DNA from: Acidobacteriota bacterium
Lineage (GTDB): Bacteria; Acidobacteriota; Vicinamibacteria; Marinacidobacterales; Marinacidobacteraceae
Direction: 5' to 3'
Length of the DNA stretch: 64,000 nucleotides
Assembly: GCA_009840635.1 (NCBI GenBank)
Contig: VXNL01000079.1
Span: 3,782 to 67,781, forward strand
The position numbers and the translations under genes are program-made. Below the pieces are notes generated by a model. That model saw only the letters and a list, made by a program, of their open reading frames with translations, had not been told where the DNA came from and did not search any database. This document shows positions 1 to 8,787 of the stretch, piece after piece (position 1 is the first letter of the stretch; every line of letters begins with the position of its first letter).

Positions 1-614
1 TGCTCCTGAAGCTCGGCGGGCACGTCGCCCGTCTTCGCTCCCTTCCCATCCGGCCCGGGACCGCTGATCGCCTTCATCGTGATGAGGTCCACGACCCCGG
101 AGAACCCGGACTCGCTCCCGATCGGCAACTGGACCGGGATCGCGGTCCGTCCGAACGTCTCCTGAATTGAACCCAGGGTGCGTTCGAAGGACGCGCGGTC
201 GCGGTCCATCCGGGTCACCGCGAAGATGGCGGCCGCGCGGTTTTCCTCCGCGAAGTTCCAGACCCGTTCGGTGTTGACCCCCACGCCGTCGACGGCGCAG
301 ACCGAAATGAGCGCGGTGTCGGCGACCGGCATGGCCAGCTTCGCCTCCGTGAGGAAGTTGCTGTAGCCCGGGGTGTCCACCAGATTGACCTTGACCCCGT
401 CCCAGTCGAAGTGGGTGGGCGCCGCGCTCAGGCTGATGCCGCGTTCGATCTCGTCCTCTTCGAAGTCCGTCGTGGTGTTTCCATCTTCCACCCGGGCAAG
501 CCGGGTCACGGCGCCGGCCGCGTAGAGCAGCGCCGACACGAGCGTTGTCTTGCCGGACGTTCCGTGTCCGACTACGGCGAGGTTGCGAAGTTCGGCGGTC
601 TGATAGTCGCGCAT
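1..614 (-). CDS. Translation elongation factor G family GTPase (EF-G paralog), N-terminal part; the gene continues beyond the window start
   Basis: Reverse translation from the ATG at 612-614 gives MRDYQTAELRNLAVVGHGTSGKTTL (P-loop), then LVDTPGYSNF (G3) and VVDLITMKAI. These are collinear with the EF-G G-domain. No stop occurs before position 1. Confidence 0.8.
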   Translation of the reverse strand, partial: MRDYQTAELRNLAVVGHGTSGKTTLVSALLYAAGAVTRLARVEDGNTTTDFEEDEIERGISLSAAPTHFDWDGVKVNLVDTPGYSNFLTEAKLAMPVADTALISVCAVDGVGVNTERVWNFAEENRAAAIFAVTRMDRDRASFERTLGSIQETFGRTAIPVQLPIGSESGFSGVVDLITMKAISGPGPDGKGAKTGDVPAELQE

Positions 615-979
615 GCTGCTCCAGATTGGGGACGTTAGGGGTTCGCTCCGAACCGGGAACCCTTTGGGAGTCGTTCGAATCCCGGCGCCCGGACCGGACG
701 CCGAACGACGTGCGCCAACTCGAAACGCTGGACCTCGTTCGGCCGGTAGTCACGCGGGCGAATGGCCGCCGCGCTCGTTCGCACGGGCGGAATTCGTCCG
801 CAGCCCGACCGCCGATCCTACCATTCCCAAGGCGTTCGCGTTCCCGTTCTTCGCGCACGGAACCGCCTCCAACGCGCCCGGTCCAGCGCCAATGGAGTTA
901 CGCTAAATCCATCCCCACGGTCGGAGTCTTGCCCTCGCTACCCCACCTGCGCCTCGGTTCGCGTGACCGGGCCGTGGCG

Positions 980-1864
980 ATGACCTTCCGGCGAGACCAC
1001 CTGATGATTCGCGCGGGCGACGGCCGTTGGGTCCGGTGGCGTCTGCCCGCGGACTTCGTCGCCCCTTCGCCGACGGAGCCGAACCTGGCGTCTTCGGTGG
1101 AAGCGGCCCGAGCAGTGCAAGCCGCACTGCGGGCACTCGCCGCTCCGAACGGCGGCTTCCGCGACGCGGTGATCGCGTTGCCGGACCGCGCCGCACACGC
1201 CGGCCTTTCCGAAGGGGCGGGTTCCGGAGCGGTGCGCCGGCTCCGCTCGGAGCTCGTCCGCGGGTTGGCCACGACTTCGGCCCCGTCTCCCTCCGAACTC
1301 GACGGGCGGTTCCGCTTCGGAACGTTGGCTTCCGGTTCGCTCGGCCGCCGATCCGTGCTCGGTGCGGTGACGGGTTCGCCGGTCGCCCGGCAGTACGAAG
1401 CGGCGGCCGAGGCGGCGGGACTGCGGGTGCGGTGGGTGGACGCTACGAGTCTCGCTCTGCTTCCCGAGTGGCTCGCACGCGCCGCGGACAAATCCGACCG
1501 GCGTCTCCTTCTGCTCCTCCATCGGCGCCATTTTGTGCTCGCCACCGCTACGGGCGGGCGCCTCTCGGGTTTCCGGATGAAGCTTCGCGCCGCACTGGAC
1601 CCGGATCCCCCGGCGCTGGCCATCCGACGGGCCACCGAGAGCGGGAGGCATGGCGTCTCGATCCTGGGGGATGGGGCGGCGGCAGTGGCGGAGGTCGCGC
1701 GCTCGATGGCGTCGGCGACGGTGGAAGCCCGGGACGCGGAGGAAGACGGGGGGACTCCTGCCGTGTCCCCCGTGACCGATGGGGCCCTGGCCGCGCTGCT
1801 GCGGCGGGTTGGCGAGCGGCCGGCGCCGCTCAAACCGACTCCCGTCGCCATTTCCGAGACCTAG
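980..1864 (+). CDS. PilM/GspL-like actin-fold assembly-platform protein (type IV pilus or T2SS inner-membrane platform)
   Basis: A 295-aa ORF in the frame of track ORF 545..1864, starting at ATG 980. Its segments resemble PilM: VARQYEAAAEAAGLRVRWVDATSLALL and LLLLHRRHFVLATATGGRLSGFRMKL. It is followed by PilN- and PilO/P-like genes. Confidence 0.45.
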   Translation: MTFRRDHLMIRAGDGRWVRWRLPADFVAPSPTEPNLASSVEAARAVQAALRALAAPNGGFRDAVIALPDRAAHAGLSEGAGSGAVRRLRSELVRGLATTSAPSPSELDGRFRFGTLASGSLGRRSVLGAVTGSPVARQYEAAAEAAGLRVRWVDATSLALLPEWLARAADKSDRRLLLLLHRRHFVLATATGGRLSGFRMKLRAALDPDPPALAIRRATESGRHGVSILGDGAAAVAEVARSMASATVEARDAEEDGGTPAVSPVTDGALAALLRRVGERPAPLKPTPVAISET

Positions 1865-1866
1865 AC

Positions 1867-2403
1867 ATGCGTCGTCCACCTGCCGGCATTCAGCTCGGCA
1901 AGGCCGTCCGGCCGGGTTTCCTGCGGGCCCTCGACCTGCTGATCCTGGGAGGGCTTCTGATGTCCCTGTGGGGTGGCGCGTCGCTCTGGAGAACGCGGGT
2001 GGACCTCGCCGCCGCGGGGCCTTCCGGCCCGGCTGAATCCTCCGGGAGAGGCGTCCCGGCTGGTTCTCCGGCGCTCGAGCCGGCCCACGCTCAGGAGGCG
2101 GCCGCCCTCCTCTTCGCCGGGGTGCTCGATGCCCCCGCCATCAGCGCCGCCCTCGACACGGTGCGGAGCACGGCTCCGTCCGGAATCCGGGTTGCCGGCA
2201 TCGAGGTTCGGCCGGCCGCCGGGCCCGGCCGGGTCGAAACGGTCATCGCGGCCGACGCCGCCTCGACGGCGGCCGTTGCGAGCTTCCTCGCCGAGCTGGC
2301 GGGCCACGATTCCGTTCTCTCGACCGAGGTCATCAGCGAAACCCGGCAGACGGACGGAACGGCGCTGGTCCGGATCACCGCCCAACTCGCCATCGGCCGG
2401 TAG
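1867..2403 (+). CDS. PilN/GspM-like bitopic membrane protein
   Basis: The ATG lies 2 nt after the previous stop. It has an N-terminal TM helix (LLILGGLLMSLWGGASLW) and then a periplasmic domain. Its position between the PilM-like and PilO-like genes supports the call. Confidence 0.45.
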   Translation: MRRPPAGIQLGKAVRPGFLRALDLLILGGLLMSLWGGASLWRTRVDLAAAGPSGPAESSGRGVPAGSPALEPAHAQEAAALLFAGVLDAPAISAALDTVRSTAPSGIRVAGIEVRPAAGPGRVETVIAADAASTAAVASFLAELAGHDSVLSTEVISETRQTDGTALVRITAQLAIGR

Positions 2404-2407
2404 CACC

Positions 2408-3322
2408 ATGGACCAACGCCTCCGGCTCCGGGTTCTGCTCGCGCTGTTGTCCGTTTCGCTCGCCTGGCTCGTCTGGGGTGAGGCGCGGCGCGCCTCGGCC
2501 GAGTTTGCCGCGGCGCTCGACATGCAGACCCGGTCGGCTCGGGAGAGCGTCCAGACGGCGCAGGAGCGGGAGCGGCGCGAACGCCTGCTTCGGGTCTCGG
2601 AGCGGCTCGCCGACCGCGCCCCCGCACCTGAGAGTGCCGCCGGGACACGCGAGTTCCTGGTGCGGACGGCCGGCGAAGGCGGCGTCGAGCTTTCGCAGCT
2701 ACGGCTCCAGCCGCTCGTTCGTCCGCCGGAGGGGACCGCGGGCGCCGAGGCCGGAATCACTGCGTTGGGCGATCCTGACTCCCTCTCGCGGTTCCTGGCT
2801 GCCGTGGAGGGGACGGGATGGCCGCTCCGCGTCGAGCGGGCGACCCTCGCGGTCCGGGGCGGCCTCGGCACGCTCACCGCTTCGGTTCTCGTCCTGTGGC
2901 CGAACCCGGCGGCTGCGTTCACCGCGGCAGACGCGGGCCGTCTGGCGGACGATCCGCGGCTCGAGCAGTTGGCCGCCTGGCTGGAATCGGTTCCGAGGCA
3001 AGACGCGGCCGTTTCCCGCGCGGCCGCCGAGCCGATCGAGGCGGCGCCCGCGGTCGACCCCGGACTCGGGGAGCCGCTCGTGCAGCCTCCGGACACGGCA
3101 ACGCCGCCATCGGAACCGCGCGTCGAAACTCCGGAACTCCACGGCTTCGTGGACGTCGGCTCCGGCACTCCCATTCGAGCCGCGCTCTTCTACCGGGGGG
3201 AGACCACCCTGGTCGGGGTTGGCGGCCGGGTCGGGGACTACACCGTCGTCACGCTCGAGCCGTCGGAAGCGGTCGTTCTCTCGCGCGGCGAGGGGCCGCC
3301 CCTTCGCCTGGTGCTTCGCTGA
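2408..3322 (+). CDS. PilO-like plus PilP-like fusion protein
   Basis: It begins with a TM helix (LRVLLALLSVSLAWLVW). A coiled-coil region follows (QERERRERLLRVSERLADR), then a Pro/Ala-rich linker. The C-terminus is a beta domain (IRAALFYRGETTLVGVGGRVGDYTVVTLEPSEAVVL) typical of PilP/GspC. Confidence 0.45.
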   Translation: MDQRLRLRVLLALLSVSLAWLVWGEARRASAEFAAALDMQTRSARESVQTAQERERRERLLRVSERLADRAPAPESAAGTREFLVRTAGEGGVELSQLRLQPLVRPPEGTAGAEAGITALGDPDSLSRFLAAVEGTGWPLRVERATLAVRGGLGTLTASVLVLWPNPAAAFTAADAGRLADDPRLEQLAAWLESVPRQDAAVSRAAAEPIEAAPAVDPGLGEPLVQPPDTATPPSEPRVETPELHGFVDVGSGTPIRAALFYRGETTLVGVGGRVGDYTVVTLEPSEAVVLSRGEGPPLRLVLR

Positions 3323-3344
3323 CCAACCGTCGCGGAGCCCCCGG

Positions 3345-4367
3345 TTACCCGGCGCCCGACAGCCTCGAGAAGGCCGCGCCAATCTCTCCGGCGGTCCGTC
3401 CGGCTCCGAGCGCCACGGTGAGCAGGATGCGGGCCTTCAGGCCGTCGAGGTCCCCCCCGGAGAGGATCCCCCGCTCCTGCTGGGCGTCCGAAAGCACCAC
3501 CCGGCCGGCCCCGGTGCGGGTCACGAACACCACCACCGCGCCGGCCTGAATGGCGGCATCCACCGCTTCCGCGACGGGTGGCGGTGCGTTGCCGCGGCCG
3601 AAGACCTCCACGACCAGGCCCCTGGCGCCGGCCTGGGCCGCCGCGCGGATCGAGGAGGCGCCGCCGCCTGCGGTGAGCCGCACCAGTTCTACCGCCGGCT
3701 CGACGCCCGTGGCGGGAAGGTGGAGACGGCGGGCCGGAGTCGTGAAGAGCAGCACCGTGCCCTCGTCCACCGCGCCGATGGGGCCGGTGTCCGGTGAGGC
3801 GAAAGCGTGCAGCGCGATGGAGTGGGTCTTCTTCACCTCGCGCGCCGCGTGGATCTGACCGTTCAGCACCACGAGCACGCCCAGGTCGCGACTTCGTTCC
3901 GAAGCGGCGACCCGGATCGCATCGAGCAGGTTGCGCGGCCCGTCGGAGTCCTCGTACCGGGGCGGGCGCTGTGCGGCGGCAAACACGACGGGACGGCCGG
4001 ACGGCAGCACGAGGTCCAGCAGGAAGGCGGTTTCCTCGAGGGAGTCGGTGCCGTGGGTCACCACGACCCCGGCCAGTCCCGGCCGCTCGGCGAAGACTGC
4101 GGCAATCCGTTCCGCGAGCTGGAACTGGAGTTCCGGATGCATCCGGGAACTTCCGATGCGGACGAAGTCCTCGGTGGTGACCGAAGCCACGGAGTCCAGG
4201 CCGGGCAGGGCGGCGCGGAGATCGCCGGCGTTCAACGGTCCACCCGCCCCCCCGGAGATGGTGCCCCCGGTGCCGATCAGGTGCACCTCGGGCAGCGGTT
4301 GTCCCGACGCTTGCGAAGCGAAGACGACGATGAGGGAAGCGGCTCCCGCGCGCACGAATCGGTTCAT
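3345..4367 (-). CDS. ansB: L-asparaginase type II, periplasmic
   Basis: It has a signal peptide and the motifs HLIGTGGTISG and VVTHGTDSLEETAF. Length is 340 aa. Confidence 0.9.
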   Translation of the reverse strand: MNRFVRAGAASLIVVFASQASGQPLPEVHLIGTGGTISGGAGGPLNAGDLRAALPGLDSVASVTTEDFVRIGSSRMHPELQFQLAERIAAVFAERPGLAGVVVTHGTDSLEETAFLLDLVLPSGRPVVFAAAQRPPRYEDSDGPRNLLDAIRVAASERSRDLGVLVVLNGQIHAAREVKKTHSIALHAFASPDTGPIGAVDEGTVLLFTTPARRLHLPATGVEPAVELVRLTAGGGASSIRAAAQAGARGLVVEVFGRGNAPPPVAEAVDAAIQAGAVVVFVTRTGAGRVVLSDAQQERGILSGGDLDGLKARILLTVALGAGRTAGEIGAAFSRLSGAG

Positions 4368-4475
4368 GGGCGGGGTTTATACCCGGTGGGCGGCAAGAAG
4401 GAGGACGACCGCATCCGCTGTCCCTGGCCGAGGGAGCAGTCTCCGGGGATTGCGAGTCCCCGCGAACCTGACTTG

Positions 4476-5279
4476 CTAGTCGTCCGTGACGTGGATGGTG
4501 CCGTTCACGGTGCGCACCCGGCACTCGCCGCCACCGTCACGCACCTGCACGCGCTTGTGGCGGCGGGTGGGGGTGTCCAGATGCTCCAGATCGGCCAGCT
4601 CCATGATCACCCGGCCGTTGATTGCCCGGGCATCGACCCGGCCTCGGGCCTCGGGGCCCAGGGTCAATTGCACCCGGCCGTTCACGGTGCGGAGCGAGTG
4701 GCTTTCGCCCTCGCCGAAGCTCTCGAGTTCGCATTCGATCCGTCCGTTGACCGTCTTGGCGTTCACGCTCCCCCGGTGCCCCGTCAGGCGGAGCGAGCCG
4801 TTGACCGTCTGCGCCTCGAGCTCCCCTGAGAACTCGGCGACCTCGACGGGTCCGTGGACCGTGGAGATCTTGAGGTCGGCGCTCTCCGGCAGCCGGATGG
4901 AATAGTGGACGCTGCCGTACCGCTGTCCCCACATCCGGCCCTTCTTCGGGTAACGCGTGCGAACCTGGAGGCCGCGCGACGAACGGTTGACCTCGATCCG
5001 GATGTCCTGGAGCGCGGCGCTGCTCGGCCCCACCTTCCGCGCCACGATTTCCGCCTCGTCCCGGTCCCACGCAGTGAGTTCCACGCGCCCGTTGATGTTC
5101 CTGAGGTCGAGGAGTTCTCCCGCCGCAAACGGTTCGGTGAACGTCTCCGTTTCCTCGACGTTCGGCTCGGTCTGGAACGGGACGGCGCAGTTGGCGGAGC
5201 CGGCTACCGCAAACGCCCCGAACACGAGCGCGAGAGGACGGCGGCCCAAGGCGCGGCCGCACGTGGTCCCGTGAACCAT
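4476..5279 (-). CDS. DUF4097-type putative adhesin/beta-repeat lipoprotein
   Basis: It has a signal/lipobox-like N-terminus (LALVFGAFAVAGSANC) and repeated TVNG/INGR beta-strand repeats. The start is the in-frame ATG at 5277-5279. The longer track ORF extension shows no signal for translation. Confidence 0.6.
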   Translation of the reverse strand: MVHGTTCGRALGRRPLALVFGAFAVAGSANCAVPFQTEPNVEETETFTEPFAAGELLDLRNINGRVELTAWDRDEAEIVARKVGPSSAALQDIRIEVNRSSRGLQVRTRYPKKGRMWGQRYGSVHYSIRLPESADLKISTVHGPVEVAEFSGELEAQTVNGSLRLTGHRGSVNAKTVNGRIECELESFGEGESHSLRTVNGRVQLTLGPEARGRVDARAINGRVIMELADLEHLDTPTRRHKRVQVRDGGGECRVRTVNGTIHVTDD

Positions 5280-5391
5280 GACGGAGGGGCTAACGAACCG
5301 GGCGTCCAGAATGTTCCGTGCTGTCGAGAGGCCGAACGCTTCCCGTATCCTCCGGGGCTCTTCCCAGAGGCTCCTGATTCCGGAGGTTCCG

Positions 5392-6594
5392 ATGAAACAA
5401 GCCCACCGCATCCCGGCGTTCCTCGCCGCCTGCCTGCTCGCCGCCCCGTTCGCCCTCGGGCAGGGCGACTCCCGGCCCCGGGCCCGGGACATCGGTCTGT
5501 CGCCGGGAGTTCTGGACCCCGGACCGCACAACGCCATCACCGACGTCCCCGGCGTCCTCGTCGGGCAGGTCACCCTGATGGAGGGAAACCACATCCGCAC
5601 CGGGGTCACCGCGATCCTGCCTCACGCCGGGAACATCTTTCAGGAGAAAGTTCCGGGCGCCGTCCATATCGGGAATGCCTTCGGCAAGCTGGCGGGGTCC
5701 ACCCAGGTCGTGGAACTCGGGACCATCGAGACTCCGGTCGTGCTCACCAACACCCTGTCGGTCTGGGACGCGGCGCGCGCGGTGGTGACCTACACCCTCG
5801 GCCTTCCCGGCAACGACGACGTGCGGTCCGTGAACCCGCTCGTCGGCGAAACCAACGACGGGTTCCTCAACAACATCCGGGGACTCCACGTGAAGGAAAG
5901 CCACGTGCTGGAGGCGATCCGCACCGCGTCCGCGGGACCGGTGGCGGAGGGCGCGGTGGGAGCCGGAACCGGAACGTCCGCCTTCGGCTGGAAGGGAGGG
6001 ATCGGCACCTCCTCGCGGCGACTTCCCGAGAGTCTCGGCGGCTACACGGTCGGAGCGCTCATCCAGAGCAACTACGGCGGAGTCCTCGTCATGGACGGAA
6101 TCCCGGTCGGCGAGGAACTCGACCGCTACTACCTGCGAGACCAGTTGCGCGGCGGCGCGGGCGCGGCGGGCGACGACTCCCTGGACAACCCGGACGGGTC
6201 CATCATGATGGTGGTGGCCACCGATGCCCCGATGCGCTCGCTCGGCCTCACGCGGCTGGCGCGCCGGGTCATGCTCGGTCTCGCCCGCACCGGGGCCACC
6301 TCATCCCACGGGAGCGGCGACTTCGTCATCGCCTTCTCCTCGGCGGAGTCGCTCCGCACCGGATTCCGGAGTGACTCTCCGGTGGACTCCGGCGCCGTGC
6401 TCCGGGGCGACCGGCTGTCGCCGCTCTTCCAGGCGGCGATCGAGGCTACCGAGGAGGCGGTCTACAACTCGATGCTCAAGGCAACCACGGTCGTCGGCAA
6501 GAACGGGAACACCCGGGAGGCGATCTCGATCGAGGATCTGCTGGAGATCGGAGCGAAGTACAACCGCCTCCACCCGCCGGGCGGCAGCCGCTGA
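5392..6594 (+). CDS. Peptidase S58 (DmpA/L-aminopeptidase family), secreted
   Basis: An RBS GGAGG lies 6 nt upstream of ATG 5392. It has a signal peptide and the NAITDVPGV...GHIRTGVTAIL motif of the DmpA/ArgJ-like fold. Confidence 0.8.
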   Translation: MKQAHRIPAFLAACLLAAPFALGQGDSRPRARDIGLSPGVLDPGPHNAITDVPGVLVGQVTLMEGNHIRTGVTAILPHAGNIFQEKVPGAVHIGNAFGKLAGSTQVVELGTIETPVVLTNTLSVWDAARAVVTYTLGLPGNDDVRSVNPLVGETNDGFLNNIRGLHVKESHVLEAIRTASAGPVAEGAVGAGTGTSAFGWKGGIGTSSRRLPESLGGYTVGALIQSNYGGVLVMDGIPVGEELDRYYLRDQLRGGAGAAGDDSLDNPDGSIMMVVATDAPMRSLGLTRLARRVMLGLARTGATSSHGSGDFVIAFSSAESLRTGFRSDSPVDSGAVLRGDRLSPLFQAAIEATEEAVYNSMLKATTVVGKNGNTREAISIEDLLEIGAKYNRLHPPGGSR

Positions 6595-7955
6595 TGCTCT
6601 ACCGGTCCCTGAATCCGGCCACCGAGGAGGTGGTGGCCGAGTTCCCGACGGCGACCGACCGCGAGGTGGACGCCGCCCTCGACCGCGCCGACGCCGCGTT
6701 CCGCCTCTGGCGCCGGTCCCCGTTCGCCGAGCGATGCGCGGTGAACGAACGCCTGGCCGATCTTCTCGAGGCGCAGGCGGACGAGCTGGCCGCCCTCATG
6801 GCGCTCGAGATGGGAAAGCCGCTCGCGCAGGGAGTGGCCGAAGCGCAGAAGTGCGCGTGGGTCGCGAGGCACTACGCGGAGACCGCGGAGGAGTCGCTCC
6901 GGCCGCGCCGCTACCCCTCCGACGGCAGCGACGCCTACGTGCGCTACGACCCCATCGGGCCGATCTTGGCGGTCATGCCCTGGAACTTCCCCCTGTGGCA
7001 GGTCATCCGGGTCTCCGCGCCCAACTTTATCTCCGGAAACGCCATGGTGCTGAAGCACGCGCCGTCGGTGCCCCAGTGCGCACTCCGGATCGTCGAGCTC
7101 TACCGGGAGGCGGGAGCTCCGGAGGGGCTCGTCCAGAACCTCTTCCTGACGAACGCGCAGGCGGCTTCCTGCATCGCCGACCGGCGGATCCGGGGCGTCA
7201 CATTGACCGGCAGTTCCCGCGCCGGCAGCGAGGTGGCCGCGGTCGCGGGCCGCCACCTCAAGCCGATGGTCGCCGAGCTCGGGGGCAGCGATCCCTTCAT
7301 CGTGTTCGAGGACTGTGACGTGGAGGAGGCGGCCGTCGCGGGCGCGGGGGCGCGGCTCATCAACTCGGGCCAGAGCTGCATCGCCGCCAAACGCTTCCTC
7401 GTGCAGCGAGCCGTGCTGGACTCGTTTCTGTCGGTCTTCGAGGCGCAGTTCCAGAAAACGGGGGTCGGCGATCCGCTGGCGCCGGAGACCACGGTCGGCC
7501 CGCTGGCCCGGGAAGACCTCCGGGACCGCCTCGAGGAGCAGGTTGCGCGGTCGGTCCGCGCCGGCACGGACCTCATCTACCGGGGAACCGCGCCGGAACG
7601 CGGGTTCTTCTCCGCGACCGGGATCCTGGCGGCGCCGCCGGCGGGAGCGCCGGCCGCCGAGGAGGAACTCTTCGGGCCGGTCGCGACGGTGATCCCGTTC
7701 GCGGACGAAATGGAGGCGGTGGAGATCGCCAACCGGACGAACTACGGACTCGGATCGTCGCTCTGGACCTCCGCTCCGCCGCGGGCGGAACGGCTCGTGG
7801 CGCAGATCGAATCGGGGGCCGTCTTCGTGAACGGCATCACCAAGTCGGATCCCCGGGTGCCCTTCGGCGGGACCAAGGACAGCGGGTTCGGCCGCGAGCT
7901 GGGCCCGGACGGCCTCATCGAGTTCACCAACCGGAAGACCGTCTGGATCCGCTGA
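6594..7955 (+). CDS. NAD(P)-dependent aldehyde dehydrogenase (succinate-semialdehyde dehydrogenase-like)
   Basis: The start overlaps the upstream stop as ATGA. ALDH motifs are present: VMPWNFP, GSSRAGSEV, ELGGSDP and the catalytic Cys in GQSCIAAKR. Confidence 0.9.
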   Translation: MLYRSLNPATEEVVAEFPTATDREVDAALDRADAAFRLWRRSPFAERCAVNERLADLLEAQADELAALMALEMGKPLAQGVAEAQKCAWVARHYAETAEESLRPRRYPSDGSDAYVRYDPIGPILAVMPWNFPLWQVIRVSAPNFISGNAMVLKHAPSVPQCALRIVELYREAGAPEGLVQNLFLTNAQAASCIADRRIRGVTLTGSSRAGSEVAAVAGRHLKPMVAELGGSDPFIVFEDCDVEEAAVAGAGARLINSGQSCIAAKRFLVQRAVLDSFLSVFEAQFQKTGVGDPLAPETTVGPLAREDLRDRLEEQVARSVRAGTDLIYRGTAPERGFFSATGILAAPPAGAPAAEEELFGPVATVIPFADEMEAVEIANRTNYGLGSSLWTSAPPRAERLVAQIESGAVFVNGITKSDPRVPFGGTKDSGFGRELGPDGLIEFTNRKTVWIR

Positions 7956-7975
7956 GGCGGGTCAACCCCGCGCCG

Positions 7976-8026
7976 TGCGCGGTGCGGAGCACCGCGGTGC
8001 CGGTCTGGAAACCGGCGTTCCAAGCC
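7976..8026 (-). repeat. REP-like element, family 1 (hairpin GCGGTGC-GGA-GCACCGC plus GTGCCGGTCTGGAAACCGGCGTTCCAAGCC)
   Basis: It lies in the convergent intergenic gap between the ALDH and tenA genes. The core ...CCGGCGTTCCAAGCC recurs at 26.1, 39.9, 42.7 and 49.2 kb. Confidence 0.7.
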
Positions 8027-8072
8027 GGCGCGCCATGCGGGCGCGGGGTATCCCCGTGCGGTTCCCGGGTCG

Positions 8073-8756
8073 CTACAGGGGCCAGGCCTCCTGGCGCCAG
8101 GCCATGTCCCAGAACATCCACTCGTAGCGGGAACTCATGGCGAAGTGCCCGGCCATCGCTTTCCGGGCGTCCGGGCCGAGCCCCTCGGCGACGTCGTCCG
8201 TGAGCTGCACCACCCGCTGCACCACCGCGTCGTACTCCTCGCTCCCGTAGCTCTCGATCCAGCGGCGGTATAGCGGGTCTGGCGAGGAAGGACGCTTGAG
8301 CAACTCCTTGCCGACTTCGGCGTAGATCCAGTAACAGGGGAGGACGGCGGCGAGCCCTTCGTGGAAGGGCTGCGAGTGCACCTTTGAGAGGAAATAGCTT
8401 GTGTAGGCGCGGTTGGTGGGCGCGGGCTGGCGGGCGAAGAGTTCCTCGCGGGAGCCGCCCAGTTCGGTCAGGAACTGCCCGAGCTGTTCGCGCTCGGCCT
8501 CGATGGTCGCCACCGCGTCGCCGCAGAGCGCCGCGGTGACGTCCGGGTGCGGGGCCTTCCCTCCCAGGATGGCCACCGCCCGCGCGAACTCGTGCAGGTA
8601 GAGCGCATCCTCGATCACGTAGAAGCGGAAGACCTGCCGGTCCAGCGTGCCGTCCGCGAGCCCGTCCAGGAACGGGTGGCGAAGGATCTCCGCATAGATC
8701 GGCTCGATCCCGGCCCGGAGGCGGGAAGTGAAACGGTCCTCGTGCGGTGCGGTCAT
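8073..8756 (-). CDS. tenA: TenA/THI-4 family thiaminase II / aminopyrimidine aminohydrolase
   Basis: A 227-aa protein with the typical TenA helical pattern (FYVIEDALYLHEFARA, YTSYFLSKV). Confidence 0.85.
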   Translation of the reverse strand: MTAPHEDRFTSRLRAGIEPIYAEILRHPFLDGLADGTLDRQVFRFYVIEDALYLHEFARAVAILGGKAPHPDVTAALCGDAVATIEAEREQLGQFLTELGGSREELFARQPAPTNRAYTSYFLSKVHSQPFHEGLAAVLPCYWIYAEVGKELLKRPSSPDPLYRRWIESYGSEEYDAVVQRVVQLTDDVAEGLGPDARKAMAGHFAMSSRYEWMFWDMAWRQEAWPL

Positions 8757-8787
8757 GACGGAGGAATGCTAGTGCGGCGAATCGTCG

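Noticed and set aside
641-720. tRNA-like T-loop sequence GTTCGAATCC inside the 365-bp EF-G/pilM divergent spacer
   Set aside because: The flanks GGGAGTC and CCGGCGCC do not form a 5-bp T-stem, and no acceptor or anticodon stems could be built on either strand. It is most likely a chance match, or part of a GGTTCG-CTC-CGAACC hairpin.
898-1879. Long minus-strand ORFs (317 and 313 aa) antisense to the pilM-like gene, plus similar Arg/Pro/Gly-rich ORFs throughout
   Set aside because: They show low-complexity, RGP-rich composition typical of GC-driven open frames. They have no motifs and lie opposite ORFs with recognisable domains.
4368-4475. Hairpin GGGGA-N7-TCCCC between the DUF4097 gene and the asparaginase gene as a possible intrinsic terminator
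   Set aside because: No U-tract follows on the transcribed strand. It could equally be a REP fragment. Evidence is too weak for a feature call.
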